Source: Candidatus Eiseniibacteriota bacterium (GTDB lineage Bacteria; Eisenbacteria; RBG-16-71-46; CAZAMP01). From it: a DNA stretch of 64,000 bases. The stretch lies in contig OZ245046.1 in the NCBI GenBank assembly GCA_965224245.1, positions 448,001 through 512,000 on the forward strand, in the 5' to 3' direction. This document shows positions 60,231 through 64,000 of the stretch, piece by piece. Position 1 is the first letter of the stretch, and the number at the start of each line of letters is the position of its first letter. The notes under the pieces are model-generated. The model did not search any database, was not told where the DNA came from, and saw only the letters and a list, made by a program, of their open reading frames with translations. The translations under genes were made by a program, and so were the position numbers.

Positions 60231-60736
60231 ACGGGATCTTCGTCGGACTGGGATCCAACCTGGGCGATCGCGAGCAGGCCATCCGCCGCGCGCTGGCTCA
60301 GCTGGGGAAGCTCCCCGGGACCCGGCTGCGGCGCGTGTCGTCGCTCTACGACACCGACCCGGTCGGCGTGATGGACCAGCCTGCGTTTCTGAACGCGGTG
60401 GCCGAGCTCGAGAGCGAGCTGGAGCCGGCCGAGATCCTGTGGCACCTGATGCTGATCGAGTCCCGTCTGGGACGGCGCCGCGAGCAACGGTGGGGGCCAC
60501 GCACGATCGACCTCGATCTTCTCCTGCACGGGGACCGGATCATCGTCTCGGACGAGCTGGTGATCCCGCACCCCGAGATGCACCACCGTGGGTTCGTGCT
60601 CTTGCCCATGGCCGAGCTGGCGCCACGCCTCGTTCATCCGACCGAGCAGCGCACGATGCGCGATCTCCTGCACGCGTGGGGTGAGTTCGATCAGGTGCGG
60701 TTCCTCGGGCGATTCTGGTACCAGGACGTCCGATGA
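60227..60736 (+). CDS. folK: 2-amino-4-hydroxy-6-hydroxymethyldihydropteridine diphosphokinase
   Basis: GLGSNLGDR, FLNAV, WGPRTIDLDLL, PHP. Confidence 0.96.
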   Translation: MNGIFVGLGSNLGDREQAIRRALAQLGKLPGTRLRRVSSLYDTDPVGVMDQPAFLNAVAELESELEPAEILWHLMLIESRLGRRREQRWGPRTIDLDLLLHGDRIIVSDELVIPHPEMHHRGFVLLPMAELAPRLVHPTEQRTMRDLLHAWGEFDQVRFLGRFWYQDVR

Positions 60737-61377
60737 ACGCGCCGGATTGCCTCGCCGTCGAGGGCGTCATCGGCGTCGGGAAGACCACCCTCGCGCGCCT
60801 CCTGGCCGATCGGATCGGGGCCCGGCTCCTTCTCGAGGAGGTCGAGGAGAACCCGTTTCTCGAGTCCTTTTACAAGGACATGCGCCGCTACGCGTTTCAG
60901 ACCCAGATGTTCTTCCTGACCAGCCGTTACCGACAGCAGCAGGACTTCGTGCAGGGGGACGTGTTCTTCCAGAAGACGGTCAGCGACTACATCTTCCAGA
61001 AGGACCGGATCTTCGCCAACATCACGCTCGACGACCGGGAGCTCGATCTGTACAACCGGATCGTGCCGGTCATGGAGCGGGACATCCCGAAGCCGGATCT
61101 GGTCATCTACCTCCAGGCGAGCCTGGAGGTGCTGATGGCCCGAATCCGAAAGCGCGGACGGAGCTACGAGCACGCGATGGATCCCGAGTACATCGCGACG
61201 CTCGTCGACGCGTACAACTACTTCTTCTTTCACTACACCGACACGCCGCTGCTGGTGATCAACACGAACACGATCGACTTCGTGGCCAGCGAGTCGGATT
61301 TCGAGGCCGTCATGGCGGCGATCGAGGCCCATCCCGGCGGAACGGTGTACCACACACCCGGGCAGGAGGGATCCTGA
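60733..61377 (+). CDS. Deoxynucleoside kinase
   Basis: EGVIGVGKTT, ENPFL, PDLVIYL, RGR..E. Confidence 0.93.
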   Translation: MNAPDCLAVEGVIGVGKTTLARLLADRIGARLLLEEVEENPFLESFYKDMRRYAFQTQMFFLTSRYRQQQDFVQGDVFFQKTVSDYIFQKDRIFANITLDDRELDLYNRIVPVMERDIPKPDLVIYLQASLEVLMARIRKRGRSYEHAMDPEYIATLVDAYNYFFFHYTDTPLLVINTNTIDFVASESDFEAVMAAIEAHPGGTVYHTPGQEGS

Positions 61378-62181
61378 GTGGGTTCGGATCGAAAATCGGT
61401 CATGACGATCGGCCGCCAGAAGGGGCGCGAGAAGATCGTCGCCGTCTCCGTCTACGACTACCCGACCGCCAAGCTCGTGGATGCCGCCGGCGTCGACCTG
61501 ATTCTCGTGGGCGACTCGCTCGGCAACGTCGTGCTGGGATACGAGAGCACGCTTCCGGTCACCATGGACGACATGATGCACCACTGCCGAGCGGTCATGC
61601 GGGCGCGTCCGAAGGCCGTCGTGGTCGCGGACATGCCGTATCTGTCGTTCCAGCTCGGGGTCGGCGAGGCGGTTCGGAACGCCGGCCGCTTCATCAAGGA
61701 GGCGGGGGTCGACGCGGTCAAGATCGAGCGCGGGCTCTTCGCCGACGCCGCGCACGCGATGGTGCAGGCGTCGATCCCGGTGGTCGGTCACGTCGGGCTG
61801 ACGCCGCAGTCGGTGCTCCACTACGGGGGCTTCCGGGTGCAGGGCCGCTCCGAGTCGGGCGCGCGACTGATCGTCGACGAGGCCCGGGCGCTCGAGGCCG
61901 CCGGATGCTTCGCGATCGTGCTGGAAGGAATCCCGCGGGCGCTGGCCGCCGACATCACCTCGCAGCTCTCGATCCCGACGATCGGCATCGGTGCCGGCCC
62001 GGGCTGCGACGGACAGATCCAGGTCTTTCACGATCTCTTCGGGCTCGATCCGAGCTTTCATCCCAAGCATGCACGCCGCTACGCGGAGCTCTCGACGGTG
62101 GTCGTCGAGGGCATGGAGCGATTCCGGGACGACGTGCGCGAGGGCCGGTTCCCGAGCGAGGACGAGTCGTTCGGTGACTGA
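61378..62181 (+). CDS. panB: 3-methyl-2-oxobutanoate hydroxymethyltransferase
   Basis: ILVGDSL, DMPYLS, VKIE, GHVGLTPQS, TIGIGAG. Confidence 0.97.
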   Translation: MGSDRKSVMTIGRQKGREKIVAVSVYDYPTAKLVDAAGVDLILVGDSLGNVVLGYESTLPVTMDDMMHHCRAVMRARPKAVVVADMPYLSFQLGVGEAVRNAGRFIKEAGVDAVKIERGLFADAAHAMVQASIPVVGHVGLTPQSVLHYGGFRVQGRSESGARLIVDEARALEAAGCFAIVLEGIPRALAADITSQLSIPTIGIGAGPGCDGQIQVFHDLFGLDPSFHPKHARRYAELSTVVVEGMERFRDDVREGRFPSEDESFGD

Positions 62182-63118
62182 TCGAGCGCCGGTGCCCGGG
62201 CGTCTGCGCGTCGTGCGGACGGTTCGCGCGATGCGGGAGCTGGGGCATGCCACGCGATGCGAGGGTCACCGGATCGGCTTCGTGCCGACGATGGGAGCGC
62301 TCCACGAGGGGCATCTCTCCCTGGTGCGCACGGCCCGGGCCGAGTGTGATCGTGTCGTGGTGAGCATCTTCGTGAACCCTGCTCAGTTCGGTCCCGGTGA
62401 GGACTTCGCCTCGTATCCCCGGACGTTCGCGCGGGACAGGCGGCTGGCCGCCGAGGCCGGCGCGGACGTGATCTTCGCCCCCAGCGCGCCTCGCATGTAT
62501 CCGCGGCCGAGGATGACCGCGATCGCGGTGCCGTCGCTCCAGGAGGCGCTCTGCGGGCGCACGCGGCCGGGCCACTTCGACGGCGTGTGTCTGGTGGTGG
62601 CCAAGCTCCTCAACCTCGTCGAACCCGATCGGCTGTATCTCGGTCAGAAGGACGCGCAGCAGGCCACGATCCTGACCCGGATGATCACCGACCTGAACTT
62701 CCCGGTGCGCGTGCGTGTGTGTCGGACGGTCCGCGAGGCCGACGGGCTGGCGCTCAGCTCCCGCAACCAGTACCTGACGGTGGACGAGCGCGCGTACGCG
62801 CCGTCGCTCTACCGGTCGCTCCGCGCCGCCCGCGCGCGCGTCGCGGACGGGGAGCGACGCGCGGCGGCGGTTCGCCGCGTCCTGCGGGCGGGTCTCCGGG
62901 CCCCGCGCGCGCTGGCCGATCGCGTTCGCGTCGACTACGCCGAGGTCGTCGACCGCCAGGACCTGGCGCCCGTGACGTCGATCGATCGCGACGTGCTGAT
63001 CGCCGTGGCGGTCCACGTGGGACGGGCGCGCCTGATCGACAACGTCGTCGCCAAACCACCGCGGAAGTCGATCGCCCGGACGCGACCGGCCGGCCGCGCG
63101 AGGAGACACACCCCATGA
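62174..63118 (+). CDS. panC: Pantoate--beta-alanine ligase
   Basis: VPTMGALHEGH, FVNPAQF, RPGHFDGV, GQKD, GLALSSRN, RLIDN. Confidence 0.97.
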   Translation: MTDRAPVPGRLRVVRTVRAMRELGHATRCEGHRIGFVPTMGALHEGHLSLVRTARAECDRVVVSIFVNPAQFGPGEDFASYPRTFARDRRLAAEAGADVIFAPSAPRMYPRPRMTAIAVPSLQEALCGRTRPGHFDGVCLVVAKLLNLVEPDRLYLGQKDAQQATILTRMITDLNFPVRVRVCRTVREADGLALSSRNQYLTVDERAYAPSLYRSLRAARARVADGERRAAAVRRVLRAGLRAPRALADRVRVDYAEVVDRQDLAPVTSIDRDVLIAVAVHVGRARLIDNVVAKPPRKSIARTRPAGRARRHTP

Positions 63119-63906
63119 ACTCGACACCCGACCCTCATCCATCGAGATCGCGCACGCGTGCGGCGGCCCGCGTGGCCGTCGTCCTCGCCGCGGGCGAGGG
63201 CAAGCGGATGAAGAGCCCCCTGCCGAAGGTGCTCCATCCGATCGGTGGCCGGCCGATGATCTGTCACGTCCTCGATCGCGCCCGTGAGGCCGGTTTCGAG
63301 CGGCGGATCGTCGTGGTCGGGCACGGTCGCGACCAGGTTCAGGCCGCGCTCGCGGACTACGGCGTCGAGTTCGCCGTGCAGGCCGAGCAGCTCGGCACCG
63401 GACACGCGGTGGACATGGCTGCGCCGCTCCTCGACGGCTTCACCGGCGAGGTGGCGGTCCTGTGTGGTGACGTCCCGCTTCTGTCGCGCGCCACCATCGA
63501 TGCGCTGGCCAGGACGCACGAGGCCGGCGGCTACGCGGCCACCGTCCTGACGTTCCGCCCACGGGATCCCACCGGATACGGCCGCATCTACCGGGACGCG
63601 ACCGGCGATCTGGCGAAGATCGTCGAGCAGCGCGATCTCCCCGAGGGCGAGGAGGCGCCCGGCGAGGTCAACTCGGGCACCTACTGCTTCCGCTGGTCCA
63701 CGGTGAGGCCCTTGTTGAAAGAGCTGGAGACCGAGAACCAGCAGGGGGAGTACTATCTGACCGACACGGTTGCGATGCTGCGCGCCGCGGGGCATCGTGT
63801 GGGAGCCCACCTGACGGACGATCCGATCGAGGTGAGCGGGGTCAACAGCCCCGCCCAGCTCGCCGAGCTCGAGGTGCACTTCCAGGCCCGCCTCCGCGGG
63901 GCGTGA
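63115..63906 (+). CDS. GlmU-like uridyltransferase, N-terminal domain only
   Basis: LAAGEGKRMKS..PKVLH, EQLGTGHAV, GDVPL, GYGRI, EYYLTD, GVNS; stops before the hexapeptide domain. Confidence 0.88.
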   Translation: MNSTPDPHPSRSRTRAAARVAVVLAAGEGKRMKSPLPKVLHPIGGRPMICHVLDRAREAGFERRIVVVGHGRDQVQAALADYGVEFAVQAEQLGTGHAVDMAAPLLDGFTGEVAVLCGDVPLLSRATIDALARTHEAGGYAATVLTFRPRDPTGYGRIYRDATGDLAKIVEQRDLPEGEEAPGEVNSGTYCFRWSTVRPLLKELETENQQGEYYLTDTVAMLRAAGHRVGAHLTDDPIEVSGVNSPAQLAELEVHFQARLRGA

Positions 63907-64000
63907 ACGAAGGTCGCGTGGCGAAGCGAAGGAAAAGGGCGGGGAGCTCGAAGGCGCGACGCATCAACGGTGCGCGCCTGGGGGCCTGGGTCGCGCTGGC

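Overview
High-GC bacterial chromosomal segment. A FlgD-Ig/T9SS-like C-terminal domain and a C-terminal 'SWxxIKxLYR' motif suggest the Eisenbacteria/Krumholzibacteriota/Latescibacterota area (inference). The left end (68-11324, minus strand) is the highlight. It is an apparently intact cytochrome-nanowire locus encoding an NHL beta-propeller, a hexaheme OmcS homologue, a beta-barrel with an inserted discoidin-like domain, two CsgG-like proteins, a double-parvulin chaperone, a 26-heme and a 16-heme cytochrome. This mirrors the Geobacter omcS + omcS-companion (osc) cluster, but in a host that does not look like Geobacter. Next come a secreted protein, decayed gene remnants, and a tRNA cluster (all four Ser isoacceptors plus Arg-ACG) containing a tadA whose reading frame runs through tRNA-Ser(CGA). 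The rest is mostly housekeeping: tRNA-Ala, SRP RNA, dnaX-ybaB-recR, a three-gene insertion, mglBA-pgpA-cinA-thpR-recA-recX-alaS-rfbD-gmhA-UbiA-DTW-ispE, a candidate structured RNA, tRNA-Gln-prs-rplY-pth-rpsF-rpsR-rplI, tonB, a divergent EF-G paralogue, selA, a pseudo-ATPase/SPOR membrane protein, smc, tatC, coaX, a lipoprotein/barrel pair, folB-folK-dNK-panB-panC and a truncated glmU. No CRISPR array, integrase, transposase or rRNA was seen. Homology calls come from motif recognition by eye, not database searches.
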